Below are positions 20,256 through 30,981 of a stretch of DNA of 64,000 nt, piece after piece. The stretch's first letter is position 1; every line of letters begins with the position of its first letter. The notes below the pieces were generated by a model, which was not told the origin of the DNA, did no database searches, and saw only the letters and a program-made list of their open reading frames with translations. Position numbers and translations under genes: made by a program. This stretch comes from Patescibacteria group bacterium (lineage in GTDB: Bacteria > Patescibacteriota > WWE3 > UBA101185 > UBA10185), in the NCBI GenBank assembly GCA_049322215.1, contig JBMORU010000001.1, positions 1,046,143 through 1,110,142 of the forward strand. Direction: 5' to 3'.

Positions 20256-21197
20256 TTACTTCTTTTTACTTGTTTTCTTTGCAGTTTTAGTTTTTTTTGA
20301 ATCGTCTTCTTTAGCTTCTTTTACTTCTAATACTTCATCCACCACAACTTTTACTTGCTCTTCTTCAACGTCTTCTTTAACGTCAACCTCTACGGCATCC
20401 GCGGGTATTTCTACCTCTTCAACCTCTTCAACTTTATCTACAGTTTTCTTAAGAGTGTCTTTTTTATCAACTTTAGATACTGCTTTTTCTGCGTTTTTTG
20501 CAAAGTCTTTATAGCCTGCTTCTATCGCATCAGATATAGCTTTCACAAGTACTGCTATAGATTTTATAGCATCATCATTGCCAGGAATCACATACTTAAC
20601 TCCCGTTGGGTTAGAATTTGTATCTACTAAAGCCACAACAGGTACTTTATACATATTTGACTCCCTTACAGCAGTTTTTTCGCGTCTTACATCAATAACT
20701 ACGACTACATCGGGTTGGCCTTTTAAAGCTACTAAACCTCCTACAGACTTTTCAAGCTTTTCTATTTCTCTATCTATTAATAAGCGTTCTTTTTTTGTAT
20801 AGCGTTTAAGTTCACCTGCTTCTCGTTTACGTTTTAAGTCAACTAAACGATCGATACTTTGTTTAATCATTCTATAGTTAGTTATTGTTCCACCTAACCA
20901 GCGCTCTGTTATATGCAAAGCACCACAGCGAGCTGCTTCCAGAGCTACTATATCCCGGGCTTGACGCTTAGTTCCAACTAAAACAATTTGGCCGCCTTTT
21001 GCAGCAGTTTCATACAAAAACTCACATGCATTTTTTAGGCCTTTATGAGTTTCTTCTAAATCAATAACGTGAATATTCTTCTTTACAGAATATATATAGG
21101 GCTCCATCTTTGGATTCCAACGTCGTACTTGATGCCCAAAGTGAACACCTGCATCTAACAATTCTTCAATTTTTGGTACATTATAATTTTTAGCCAT
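20256..21197 (-). CDS. rpsB: 30S ribosomal protein S2 with charged C-terminal tail
   Basis: AGVHFGHQ, RWLGGTITN, PGNDDAIKSI. Confidence 0.98.
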   Translation of the reverse strand: MAKNYNVPKIEELLDAGVHFGHQVRRWNPKMEPYIYSVKKNIHVIDLEETHKGLKNACEFLYETAAKGGQIVLVGTKRQARDIVALEAARCGALHITERWLGGTITNYRMIKQSIDRLVDLKRKREAGELKRYTKKERLLIDREIEKLEKSVGGLVALKGQPDVVVVIDVRREKTAVRESNMYKVPVVALVDTNSNPTGVKYVIPGNDDAIKSIAVLVKAISDAIEAGYKDFAKNAEKAVSKVDKKDTLKKTVDKVEEVEEVEIPADAVEVDVKEDVEEEQVKVVVDEVLEVKEAKEDDSKKTKTAKKTSKKK

Positions 21198-21335
21198 AAA
21201 AAAATCCTCTCGTGGAGGACTGTTTATTTACAAATATACAGCCTCCTTTATTACTTTAGCGTTTACTTTCTAGAAGTTTACGCGCACTTGCAGGTTTCAA
21301 CTTTGAAACCAAGAAGATGCAAGATTTACCAGGGC
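21198..21335 (-). promoter_or_regulatory. Structured 5-prime leader of rpsB-tsf, possible S2 autoregulatory element
   Basis: Minus-strand stems CTTGCA..GGTTTCAA/TTGAAACC..TGCAAG and GGAGGCTGT/ACAGTCCTCC just upstream of the SD. Confidence 0.45.
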
Positions 21336-21360
21336 AGACTAACATATTTAACTTAAAAAG

Positions 21361-21410
21361 AAAAGAGCAGAAGAATATTGTAAAAAACTTATTACAACAT
21401 TCTTCTACTA
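21361..21410 (-). terminator. Long hairpin terminator of orphan gene
   Basis: AGAAGAATATTGTAA / TTACAACATTCTTCT with A-rich tract on +. Confidence 0.65.
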
Positions 21411-21417
21411 ATTTGGA

Positions 21418-21798
21418 TCAATAGCTAAACGAAACAGCATGAATCAAGTAACGCGCATGTTCATACTTTTTTTTCTTGTTTAACGCAGTAGCTATATCCA
21501 AAAACAAATTGTCAGGATGCTCTTTATGCACATTGGGGTCAAAACTTTCTGCACTCAACGGTATACGAAGATATAAACCGTTTATTTCCAAAATTGTTTC
21601 TCCATTTTCAGATTCAAATGCATTCAGCGCTTCATTCCCTGAGCGAGCACAAACCCAAGCTAACTTTGATTTTCTTGGCTTGACTTCTGTTTGAACAATT
21701 CTAAATCTCTCTTTTGAATCACCGTAGCTAAAAATTCCCAAAGTGTGTTTTCGCACTAAGATTAAATTTAGCAGGCTATATCCATTTAAAGAAAACAT
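21418..21798 (-). CDS. Orphan hypothetical protein
   Basis: 126-aa ORF with GGAGG SD and own terminator. Confidence 0.7.
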   Translation of the reverse strand: MFSLNGYSLLNLILVRKHTLGIFSYGDSKERFRIVQTEVKPRKSKLAWVCARSGNEALNAFESENGETILEINGLYLRIPLSAESFDPNVHKEHPDNLFLDIATALNKKKKYEHARYLIHAVSFSY

Positions 21799-21884
21799 AC
21801 TATCCTCCGTGGGGTTTAGTATTTGAGTCTCTAGTTAAAATATAACAATAATTTGTAAGCACAACCAGGTGTATAATTGCCAAA

Positions 21885-23192
21885 ATGAAACAGCAAGACA
21901 AAATTTTTAACTTAATTAAAAGTGAAGAAAAGCGACAAACAGAACAACTTCAAATGATTCCTTCAGAAAACTATGTTTCTGAAAACGTGAAAAAAGCAGT
22001 AGGCTCTGTACTAATGAACAAGTACTCCGAAGGACAGCCAACTAAAAGATATTACCAGGGCAACAAATATATTGACGAAATAGAATTAGAGGCAAAAAAA
22101 AGAGCTCTAAAGTTGTTTAAACTAAATGCCGATGCATGGGATGTAAATGTACAAGCACCTACAGGAAGTTCTGCTAATTTAGCCGTTTATTTTGCTTTAC
22201 TTGAACCAGGCAACAAAATGCTTTCAATGTACTTATATGATGGCGGGCATTTGTCACATGGGTGGAAATTGCCTGATGGAAAAAAAGTTAGTATGACATC
22301 TAAAATATTTTCCCCGGTTTATTACCAGGTAGACCCTAGCACTATGCAATTTGATTATGAAAATGTTGAACAAATTGCACAAAAAACAAAACCAGAGTTA
22401 ATTATATCCGGCGGAACAGCATATCCAAGACAAATAAATCATAAAAAAATGGGTAAAATAGCTAAAAAGATGGGGGCATACTACATGGCAGATATTGCAC
22501 ACGAAGCGGGTTTAGTTGCAGCAGGTGTTAATGACTCCCCCTTTGAATACGCAGATATTGTAACAATGACAACTAGAAAAACACTTAGGGGTCCAATTGG
22601 TGCTCTAATTTTTTCTAAAAAGGAATTAAGCGAGAGAATCGACAAAACAGTGTTTCCAGGGTTACAAGGAGGCCCTATGAATCACAGCATTGCAGGAATA
22701 GCTGTAGCACTAAAAGAGGCGCAATCGGCTAAATTCAAAAAATACGCAACACAAGTAATAAAAAATGCACAAATACTTTCGGAAGAACTTATGAAACATG
22801 AATTAAACGTTATTACAGGAGGAACAGACAAACATTTGCTTTTAATAAACTTACAAAACAAAAATACAGATGGATGGTATGCGGCCTGGGCGTTAGAATA
22901 TGCAGGAATTATTTGCAATAGAAACACAGTTGCATATGATACCGGTTCTCCATTTTATCCATCAGGGCTACGTTTAGGGACTCCCGCTATTACTACAAGA
23001 GGCATGAAGGAAAGAGAAATGAGACAAATAGCGCATTGGATAAATGAAGTTGTAAATATAGCAATTAATATAACTCCAACTGAAACAGACAAACCAAGAA
23101 AAGTGTTTAAACAAAAAATAAAAGATAATAAAGATTTAAAAACGATTGAAAATGAAGTGAAACAGTTGTGTAAAAATTTTCCATTGCCTTAG
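21885..23192 (+). CDS. glyA: Serine hydroxymethyltransferase
   Basis: IPSENY, NKYSEG, GGHLSHG, TTRKTLRGP, RLGTPAITTRG. Confidence 0.98.
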   Translation: MKQQDKIFNLIKSEEKRQTEQLQMIPSENYVSENVKKAVGSVLMNKYSEGQPTKRYYQGNKYIDEIELEAKKRALKLFKLNADAWDVNVQAPTGSSANLAVYFALLEPGNKMLSMYLYDGGHLSHGWKLPDGKKVSMTSKIFSPVYYQVDPSTMQFDYENVEQIAQKTKPELIISGGTAYPRQINHKKMGKIAKKMGAYYMADIAHEAGLVAAGVNDSPFEYADIVTMTTRKTLRGPIGALIFSKKELSERIDKTVFPGLQGGPMNHSIAGIAVALKEAQSAKFKKYATQVIKNAQILSEELMKHELNVITGGTDKHLLLINLQNKNTDGWYAAWALEYAGIICNRNTVAYDTGSPFYPSGLRLGTPAITTRGMKEREMRQIAHWINEVVNIAINITPTETDKPRKVFKQKIKDNKDLKTIENEVKQLCKNFPLP

Positions 23193-23193
23193 G

Positions 23194-25350
23194 TTAATCT
23201 AAATCAGAGGCATCTTCATCATCTTTGCCTTGCAAGGGGTTTTTCCAGCTTGCGTATTTGCATTTAGGGTAATTGCTGCATCCATAAAAAACACGCCCTT
23301 TAGCTTTTTTAACAATAACTTCCCCATCTTCGCACTGGGGACAATCCATACCTATTTTATCCAAATACGGTTTAGTGGTTTTGCATTTAGGATAATTACT
23401 GCAAGCTAAAAACTTACCAAATCTTCCTTGCTTTAAAATCATTGTACCATCCTCACAGTTTTCACATTTGCCAAAATCTTCCACCGGATTCCCGTTTTCA
23501 TCTTTTGGTTGCTCTTCATCAATTGGTTTTGCGTATTCGCAATCAGGAAATCCTGAGCAGCTCAAAAACTTACCATATTTCCCTAGCTTTATGTATAACA
23601 CTTTTCCACATTCTGGACATTTTTCTTCACTTTCACCCAGTTTTGTTACATCTGCCTTTTGTAGTTCTTTGTCTTTTTCTTCCAAAATCTTATCAAATGG
23701 GGTGTAAAAGTCTTTAATCATAGGTATCCAATCTTGTTGACCCTCAGCTATTTTATCGAACTTTTCTTCCATTTGTGCAGTAAATTCATAATCCACAATG
23801 TTGTCGAAATGCTCTATTAATAAGTCATTAACAACGTAAGCCACGTCTTCAGGGTAAAAATAGCGCTGCTCTCTATGAACATAGCCACGCGCAATAATTG
23901 TAGAAATTGTAGGAGCATAAGTTGAAGGTCTACCAATACCTAATTCTTCTAAGGCTTTTATTAAAGTAGCATCAGAGTAACGAGCAGGAGGTTGAGTAAA
24001 ATGCTGCTCAGATATAATATTTTTTAAAGCCATTTGTTCACCTTCGGAAAAATCAGGCAACTCGTTAAGAGTTTCTTTATCTGCATCTAAACCGTATTTT
24101 TTACCAATTGCTAGCCAACCATCAAATTTAATCACAGACCCTGAAGCTTTAAAATTGTACCCATTATTTGATCCTATAACTATTGATGTCTGATCATACA
24201 CTGCCGGCACCATTTGACTCTCTATGGAGCGTCTCCAAATCAGTGAGTACACTTTTTTCTCATCTAGAGATAAGCCTGTAATTTTTTTGTCCTTTGGAGA
24301 GCATTTTACGTCAGTTGGACGGATAGCCTCATGTGCTTCTTGAGCATTTTTGGTTGTGGTCTTATACTCTACTGCGTTTTCGGGTACAAAATTTGCACCA
24401 ATGTCTTTTTTAACGAAATTTCTAGCTGCTTCTACAAACTGAGGAGCTAAAGAAAGCGAATCTGTTCTATGATATGTAATATGCCCCGCTTCAAATAACT
24501 TTTGAGCGGCACTCATTGTTCGCTTGGCAGAAAATCCTAAAGTATTTGCGGCTGTTTGCTGCAAAGTCGATGTTTTAAAAGGGGTTCCTGGTTTTCTTTT
24601 TCTTTCAGACTTTTTAACTTGTGCTATTAAAAATGTAGCATCCTTCAAATCTTTTTCTATTTCTTTAGCAGTTTTTTCGGTTTTTATTTCAAGTTTTTTA
24701 GAATCTTTTTCAAACAAACTTGCTTTTAGTTCAACTTTAGCGTTATTTTCAAAAAGACCGTCTAGGGTCCAGTACTCTTCAGGTTTAAATGCATTACGCT
24801 CACGTTCTTTCTCTACTATTAAACGTACAGCAACACTTTGAACTCTTCCTGCCGATAAGCCATAGCGCACTTTCTTCCATAATAAAGGCGACAGTTTATA
24901 GCCAACTAGTCTATCTAACACTCTTCTTGCTTGTTGTGCATCTACTAAATCAATATTAAGTTTTCCAGGATGTGAAAACGCAGCTTCTACTGCTTCTTTG
25001 GTTAACTCATGAAAAACCACGCGCTCAAAGTTTAAGCTTTTCTTATTTTTAGAGGTAGTTAAAGCTTGCATTAAATGCCAAGCAATCGCCTCCCCTTCTC
25101 TATCTGGGTCTGTGGCTAACACAACAGTATCTACATCTGTTAGATCTTTTTTTAAAGCTGTTATTACTTTTTTTGATTTTGAAGGAATTTCATATTCAGG
25201 CAAAAAAGAACCATCTTCTACAGAAACCCCCAATTTCTTTTTTGGTAGATCCCTAATATGGCCCATTGATGCTTTTATTATATAATCCTCTCCAAGTATT
25301 TTAGAGAGTGTTTTAGCTTTTGTGGGAGATTCCACAATTACCAACTTCAT
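23194..25350 (-). CDS. topA: DNA topoisomerase I
   Basis: IVESPTKA, ATDPDREGEAI, ITYHRTD, C-terminal C4 zinc ribbons. Confidence 0.98.
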   Translation of the reverse strand: MKLVIVESPTKAKTLSKILGEDYIIKASMGHIRDLPKKKLGVSVEDGSFLPEYEIPSKSKKVITALKKDLTDVDTVVLATDPDREGEAIAWHLMQALTTSKNKKSLNFERVVFHELTKEAVEAAFSHPGKLNIDLVDAQQARRVLDRLVGYKLSPLLWKKVRYGLSAGRVQSVAVRLIVEKERERNAFKPEEYWTLDGLFENNAKVELKASLFEKDSKKLEIKTEKTAKEIEKDLKDATFLIAQVKKSERKRKPGTPFKTSTLQQTAANTLGFSAKRTMSAAQKLFEAGHITYHRTDSLSLAPQFVEAARNFVKKDIGANFVPENAVEYKTTTKNAQEAHEAIRPTDVKCSPKDKKITGLSLDEKKVYSLIWRRSIESQMVPAVYDQTSIVIGSNNGYNFKASGSVIKFDGWLAIGKKYGLDADKETLNELPDFSEGEQMALKNIISEQHFTQPPARYSDATLIKALEELGIGRPSTYAPTISTIIARGYVHREQRYFYPEDVAYVVNDLLIEHFDNIVDYEFTAQMEEKFDKIAEGQQDWIPMIKDFYTPFDKILEEKDKELQKADVTKLGESEEKCPECGKVLYIKLGKYGKFLSCSGFPDCEYAKPIDEEQPKDENGNPVEDFGKCENCEDGTMILKQGRFGKFLACSNYPKCKTTKPYLDKIGMDCPQCEDGEVIVKKAKGRVFYGCSNYPKCKYASWKNPLQGKDDEDASDLD

Positions 25351-25390
25351 CTAAAAAAGAATACCGCAAGAACTAAAATTGTCAAAATAT

Positions 25391-25441
25391 AAAAAAAAGG
25401 GATTACAGTATGCGTATTTGTTTATACATACTATAACCCCC
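25391..25441 (-). terminator. Long hairpin terminator
   Basis: A8-GGGATTACAGTATG / CATACTATAACCC. Confidence 0.65.
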
Positions 25442-25456
25442 AAATTCACTTAGTTA

Positions 25457-25765
25457 TCAGCTACGGTGTCGTCCAGGATTTTTATCGAAAAACCCAAGGT
25501 ATGCAGCAAGACCTCCTACCGCAACAAAAAACACGATAACAAGCGCCAATACGAAAATTATGTTCCCAATATTATCTGAAGTGATCAGACCTGAGTTGCC
25601 AATTACAAAGTTCGAAAACTCACTACTCTGAGCCTTGTCACCTTCGGTTGCTACTGCTTCCGCGATTTCAGTTGGGTTTCCTTGTTCTACTGCTTGCGTT
25701 ACCTGACAGCCTGTCAAAACTACAACCAGCAAAAGTAAACCAAAAAACAATTTGTTTCGTAACAT
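25457..25765 (-). CDS. Orphan putative lipoprotein with C-terminal TM helix
   Basis: Lipobox LTGC; AAGGAG SD; inserted between dprA and topA. Confidence 0.75.
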   Translation of the reverse strand: MLRNKLFFGLLLLVVVLTGCQVTQAVEQGNPTEIAEAVATEGDKAQSSEFSNFVIGNSGLITSDNIGNIIFVLALVIVFFVAVGGLAAYLGFFDKNPGRHRS

Positions 25766-25804
25766 AGCTACTTCTCCTTGTTAGAATGTTTACGCATTCT
25801 ACCA

Positions 25805-26437
25805 CTATAGGTCGTTTATGTCACTAAGTAAATGGGCACCATTTCTTATTAACAAATGAGTACCCTTACTATTGTGCGAAAAAATACTACCAGGAACTGC
25901 ATAAATATCTATACCTAGCTCTAAAGCAGCATTAACCGTGTAATTTGTTCCGCTGTGTACCGTTGCCTCTATAACTACCAATAAGTCGCTTAGGCCGGCA
26001 ATTATAGAATTTCTATTTATAAAGGTCCACTTTTTTGGGTATTCATAAGGTCTGAAGCAAGAAATAACCCCACTGCTATGCGTCTTAGTCAACTCAACTC
26101 CTAGTTTTGCAGTTGTATCTTTTTGCATGAATTTATACCCATAACCGAGCACGCCAATACTTGATCCTCCCGCCTGTAAGGCTGTTTGTTGGGCTAGTGA
26201 ATCAATTCCAGAAGCTAACCCGGAAACAACTAAAAAACCTTTCTCAACAAATTTGGGAACCAAATAACGTACAACATTCACTCCATACTCTGTTGGCCTT
26301 CGGCTACCAATTATCCCAACAGTTTTCATACTAAAACAGCGCAAGTCACCTGCAAAGTAAAATTCTTTAGGAGGCTTTTGTAACCGAAACAACTTGGCTG
26401 GATACGAAGAAGAGTTTGTACTAATAAGCTTAAACAC
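25805..26437 (-). CDS. dprA: DNA-processing protein DprA, core domain only
   Basis: GIIGSR, VVSGLASGID, RNSIIAGLS, YAVPGSI. Confidence 0.93.
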   Translation of the reverse strand: MFKLISTNSSSYPAKLFRLQKPPKEFYFAGDLRCFSMKTVGIIGSRRPTEYGVNVVRYLVPKFVEKGFLVVSGLASGIDSLAQQTALQAGGSSIGVLGYGYKFMQKDTTAKLGVELTKTHSSGVISCFRPYEYPKKWTFINRNSIIAGLSDLLVVIEATVHSGTNYTVNAALELGIDIYAVPGSIFSHNSKGTHLLIRNGAHLLSDINDL

Positions 26438-26492
26438 ACATTAAAACTTACAGCTTACCTATCAAAATAAAACATTTTAATTTCTAGGAATA

Positions 26493-28400
26493 TTAGAACT
26501 GTTTATTCTCAAACCAATAATCAAATAACTCCCTTGCTAAAGGTGCGGCGTCATCTGAACCCGAGCCACCTTTTTCTAAAAACACAGTCAAAACAATACT
26601 GGCATCAGAGTTATCATAAGGTCCAAAAACAGTAAACCAAGCGTGTGTATCTTCATTATCTCTTGCACCAAACTCAGCAGTACCCGTTTTACCTGCTACA
26701 CGAATGCCATTATGTTTTTGAGGAAAATCAAAAAAAGGGTAACCCGTGCCACCGGGCTCCACTGCTTTTAACATTCCTTGCCGTACTAATTCATAGTTTT
26801 CGTGCGAAACCACATCTTTAGAAATAATCTCAATACGAGCAGTTGATATGCCATCAATTTCTTTTACTATAGTTGGCTTATATATCTTTCCACCATTAGA
26901 GAAGTACATAGATAAAGCGTTTACCTGCAATGGGGTGGCTAAAACATCACCTTGCCCTATTGAAGAAATGTAAGTATCCCCCAAATACCACTCTCGAGAC
27001 TCTCCGTCAGGCATATAACCAGTTACTTCTCCGTTTAAATCAATACCTAGTTTGCGACTAAACCCAAATTTGTTTGCCCAGCTAGAAATAGCCTCTATAC
27101 CTAATCCTTTAACGCCATTATAGCCCCCACCAACAGTATAAAAAAACGTATCATTACTTACTTGAAGTGCTCTTATAATATCAACATCTCCATGACCACC
27201 TAAGTTCCAATTATTAAAACGATATGAACCTACTTGAATATAACCGGGATCAAATATAGAAGTATATTTTGATATCGTACCTTCTTCTAACGCAGCAGCT
27301 GCTAAAACCATTTTAAAGGTTGAAGCTGGTGGATAAGTAGCTGCAATAGCCCTATTAAAAAAAGGCGCATTTGGATCACTAAACAATTCATTAAAACGTG
27401 CAACAGATATTCCGCCAGATAGCTCATTAGGATCGAAGGATGGATAACTAGCTAAAGCAAGTACACCTCCTGTTTTAGGATCTTGTGCCACAATTGCACC
27501 TGCAATAGCGGTACCCTCTTCATTGTTTACTGCGTTTTGTAGCACTTCATGCGCCTTTTGCTGTAATCCCGCATGTATGTTTAGCTTTAATGTGTGACCA
27601 GGAACTGCTTTTCTTTCTGAAATAACTGTAAGTGCTTGCCCCGAGGAATCAGCTTGAACTATTCGGCTACCGGGAAAACCAGACAAAAGTTGATTATAAC
27701 TCTGCTCTAAGCCCAGTTTTCCTTCTATTGTTGGAAAAGGCGTGTCAGCAAAACCCACGTACCCTAAAATGTGTGCCATAGAAGTGCCAAAAACATAGTC
27801 ACGTTGAGGAAGTGCAGTAATACTTACACTTGGAAACCTACTCAAGTTAGCCTCCAAGGGTAACAAATCCTGCTTATCAACATCTGTGGCTAAAACAACT
27901 GATAAACGACCACTTTCTAACTCTTTTATTTTTTCATTTACTTCTATATCTATAAAAGCAGAAACGTCCTCAATTACTTTGGCGCAGCTTGGAAAACTAG
28001 AATCTTCTGAATCTAAACGGTCGCATAATGAAGTATTTAAATCAACTATAAAAGAAGGCTTGTTTCTCACTAAAACTTTGCCTTCAGTATCATAAATTAA
28101 GCCACGCTCTGCTTGAACATTAACTAGCCTAATTCTGTTTCCATCTGACATTGCAGCATGCTCTGCTCCTTGAATAATTTGTAAAGAAAATGCCTTGCCT
28201 ACAAAAATAACTAGTGAAATTAAAACCACAAAAGCTAATAGCAAAGTTCTACGCAACTTTAAAGAATCCTTTATTGCATGTGCGGTTTCTTTAGAAGATA
28301 GGGGAGTTTCTTCTCCAATAAACGAAAAAGATTCGCCAAAACGGTTGGTTCTTTTTTTTGGAGTGAAGTTATTTATTTCTTCAAAAAATTCTAAATACAT
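26493..28400 (-). CDS. mrdA: Penicillin-binding protein 2
   Basis: ERGLIYD, STFK, SND, KTGTAE; follows mreBCD. Confidence 0.95.
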   Translation of the reverse strand: MYLEFFEEINNFTPKKRTNRFGESFSFIGEETPLSSKETAHAIKDSLKLRRTLLLAFVVLISLVIFVGKAFSLQIIQGAEHAAMSDGNRIRLVNVQAERGLIYDTEGKVLVRNKPSFIVDLNTSLCDRLDSEDSSFPSCAKVIEDVSAFIDIEVNEKIKELESGRLSVVLATDVDKQDLLPLEANLSRFPSVSITALPQRDYVFGTSMAHILGYVGFADTPFPTIEGKLGLEQSYNQLLSGFPGSRIVQADSSGQALTVISERKAVPGHTLKLNIHAGLQQKAHEVLQNAVNNEEGTAIAGAIVAQDPKTGGVLALASYPSFDPNELSGGISVARFNELFSDPNAPFFNRAIAATYPPASTFKMVLAAAALEEGTISKYTSIFDPGYIQVGSYRFNNWNLGGHGDVDIIRALQVSNDTFFYTVGGGYNGVKGLGIEAISSWANKFGFSRKLGIDLNGEVTGYMPDGESREWYLGDTYISSIGQGDVLATPLQVNALSMYFSNGGKIYKPTIVKEIDGISTARIEIISKDVVSHENYELVRQGMLKAVEPGGTGYPFFDFPQKHNGIRVAGKTGTAEFGARDNEDTHAWFTVFGPYDNSDASIVLTVFLEKGGSGSDDAAPLARELFDYWFENKQF

Positions 28401-28889
28401 TTATAAATTCTTGAATTTAAGTTGTATGTACGATGAATCAATTATTCTAAATAAAGTTTTTTTATTAATAAAGGAAAAAATAAAACTTAAACCTAACGTA
28501 AATAAGCCACCAAATAAAAGACTTAAAGACCAACTTACTGAAAACCCATTGACTACATACAAATACAGTATGTGTGCGCCAACACATGATATTAAATGAA
28601 GAGAAAACCCCTGTAATAAATATTTATTTAATAGGTGTGAAAAAGTTAATAATATAATAAAAACGGCAGAAGAAGTTCCTAAAACAGGCAATCCTAGCAA
28701 GTCCAGTAAAACTCCACCAATAAAAAGACTCAAATAAGAAGTATCTTTTAAGCCTAAAAGGGTAAATGAGTATGCATATGCAAAAATTAGGTTAGGAGCG
28801 AAAGAAGCACCCAATAACACAGGAAGAAATGAATCCTGAAACAAAGCTAGTATTAAATTCAACACTACTAAAAAAATTACTTTATTCAT
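28401..28889 (-). CDS. mreD: Rod shape-determining protein MreD
   Basis: Multi-TM, PNL and GGVLLDLL; between mreC and mrdA. Confidence 0.8.
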   Translation of the reverse strand: MNKVIFLVVLNLILALFQDSFLPVLLGASFAPNLIFAYAYSFTLLGLKDTSYLSLFIGGVLLDLLGLPVLGTSSAVFIILLTFSHLLNKYLLQGFSLHLISCVGAHILYLYVVNGFSVSWSLSLLFGGLFTLGLSFIFSFINKKTLFRIIDSSYIQLKFKNL

Positions 28890-29661
28890 TTAAAATCACA
28901 AAAACTCTATTTAAATTAGAAATGTCTACCAATATATCTAAATAAGCGTTTTTAAGGGGCTCAGCAGATATTTCGCTTACACTCGCAACCTTTCCTACAA
29001 TAAGACCTGGCTCAAATAAGCCATCCTTTCCTGATGTAACAATAATATCATTTACATTTATTTCTTCATTTGGAAGAATTCTCGTCATTGCAATTGATGT
29101 GCCAAATTGACCTCTTGCTAGTCCCTCTGTTTTATTGCTTATATCTATGTCTATTACCGTAATTGAAACAGATGGCGATGTAATAAGTTTAACCACACTT
29201 CGTTCCGAACTTACTTCATCTACTACTCCCACTAAATAACTTCCAACCACAACGTTGCTCCCAATTGAAACACCTTGTCTAAAACCCTTATCTAAAATTA
29301 TTGTTTCACCAGAGGTATCATTGGGGTTACCTAAAACATTACTTAAAAGCAGCTCTCTAGAAAATAAACCCTCTTCAACCAAACCCAGTTGCTCTTTTAA
29401 TACTTTATTTTCATCACGTGCCCATTTTAATTCATTTACTTCAGATTGAAGCTGCTGAATTTGAGAACGCAGTTCAAAATTTTCATCTTTTATATTTTTC
29501 AAGTTTACAAAAAAGCTAACACCTCCGCGCGTATCTAAAGCTATAGTTTTTAAACCGTACTGCAGGGGGGAAGAAAAACGCTGAAAAACGTTCTCAATAG
29601 GATTTAATATGCCAATTGTTGCAAGCAATAAAACAATTATACTTACTAATAGCCATCTCAT
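28882..29661 (-). CDS. mreC: Rod shape-determining protein MreC
   Basis: TM, coiled coil, ILDKG, IVTSG...GLIVGKV. Confidence 0.93.
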   Translation of the reverse strand: MRWLLVSIIVLLLATIGILNPIENVFQRFSSPLQYGLKTIALDTRGGVSFFVNLKNIKDENFELRSQIQQLQSEVNELKWARDENKVLKEQLGLVEEGLFSRELLLSNVLGNPNDTSGETIILDKGFRQGVSIGSNVVVGSYLVGVVDEVSSERSVVKLITSPSVSITVIDIDISNKTEGLARGQFGTSIAMTRILPNEEINVNDIIVTSGKDGLFEPGLIVGKVASVSEISAEPLKNAYLDILVDISNLNRVFVILNE

Positions 29662-29684
29662 TGTCGTATTTTAACACCAATTTA

Positions 29685-30731
29685 TTACCCTTTTGCTATT
29701 TGTAAACGCTCAAGTAATAAGTTGTTCTCTAGCACTAAACCGCAACCTCTAACAACACAAGTCATAGGATCTTTTATTATATGTACTGGAACCTTTAACT
29801 CGGTAGACATAAGTTTATCTAATCCAGGAAGTTGAGACGTACCTCCCGCCAAATAAACACCGTGACGCAAAATATCAGGAACGAGTTCTGCAGGAGAATC
29901 TTCTATTACATCTTTAATAGCGCCAATAATTGTATTTACCGGAATCTTTAATGCCTCACGTAGTTCAGAACCGGTAATTTCTACCGATTTAGGCAAACCA
30001 CTTTTTAAATTTCTTCCGCTCATCATTGCTTTTAAGTCAGGATCGTTGCGTTGCTCTATTGCAGTTCCAATACGAAGTTTTAGTTCTTCAGCAGTACGAT
30101 CTCCTAAAAGCATGTTGTACTTTTGCTTAGCGTAATCAACTATAGCTTGGTCTAACTCATCTCCTGCTACAGGCAAAGACCTATTTAAAACTAACCCACC
30201 TAAAGAAATTACTGCAATTTCTGTAGTCCCGGCACCCATATCAACAATTAAAGTACCTTTTGGTTCATGAATAGGTAATCCGGCACCAATAGCTGCCGCC
30301 ATGGGTTCTTCAAGCAAAAAAGCTTGGCGAGCCCCCGCATTGCGTGCTGCGTCGATAACGGCTTTTCTTTCTACAGAAGTAACTCCCGACGGAACCCCTA
30401 AAACTATTTTAGGACGAGGAACCTTAGGAAACCTTGAGGGGGTGTCATGAACAGCTCTAATAAAGTAAGCAAGCATTTTTTCAGTAACATAAAAGTCAGA
30501 AATAACACCATCTCTTAGGGGTCTAATAGCCGTAATGGTAGAAGGAGTTTTTCCAAGCATTCGTTTTGCTTCTGCTCCTACCGCCAAAACTTCTTTGGTT
30601 TTTTTATGAATGGTAACTACAGTGGGCTCGCGAATTAAAATACCCTTACCTTTAACATATACAAGAGTATTAGCGGTGCCTAAATCTATGCCAATGTCGT
30701 GGGAGAATAACCCAAAAAACCTGTCCAACAT
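29685..30731 (-). CDS. mreB: Actin-like protein MreB
   Basis: GIDLGTANT, EEPMAAAIGAGLP; start moved to MLDRF. Confidence 0.97.
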   Translation of the reverse strand: MLDRFFGLFSHDIGIDLGTANTLVYVKGKGILIREPTVVTIHKKTKEVLAVGAEAKRMLGKTPSTITAIRPLRDGVISDFYVTEKMLAYFIRAVHDTPSRFPKVPRPKIVLGVPSGVTSVERKAVIDAARNAGARQAFLLEEPMAAAIGAGLPIHEPKGTLIVDMGAGTTEIAVISLGGLVLNRSLPVAGDELDQAIVDYAKQKYNMLLGDRTAEELKLRIGTAIEQRNDPDLKAMMSGRNLKSGLPKSVEITGSELREALKIPVNTIIGAIKDVIEDSPAELVPDILRHGVYLAGGTSQLPGLDKLMSTELKVPVHIIKDPMTCVVRGCGLVLENNLLLERLQIAKG

Positions 30732-30892
30732 ACAAGGTGAGTGTACCAACTAAGTTAAAAAAATCATAGCTTTTAACCCTTTAAATAAAGCAAAAACCTA
30801 ATTTAGTACTCAACTTTATGCTGTTATTACTAAATTTGGAGTTTTTGTTATAGGTAGAACTAAATAGTGCTTAATATAAAGGTACATGTTTG

Positions 30893-30973
30893 TTGCCAAT
30901 ACCCTATAGTAGGGGTATAATTAGGATATCACGTGATAGATAGTAAGACACAATTCATAGTACATAAGGAGAT
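30893..30973 (+). promoter_or_regulatory. Sigma70 promoter with CCTATAGTAG in the spacer, plus CATAAGGAGAT SD
   Basis: TTGCCA-17 nt-TATAAT; SD at 30963-30973. Confidence 0.7.
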
Positions 30974-30981
30974 AAATAGTC

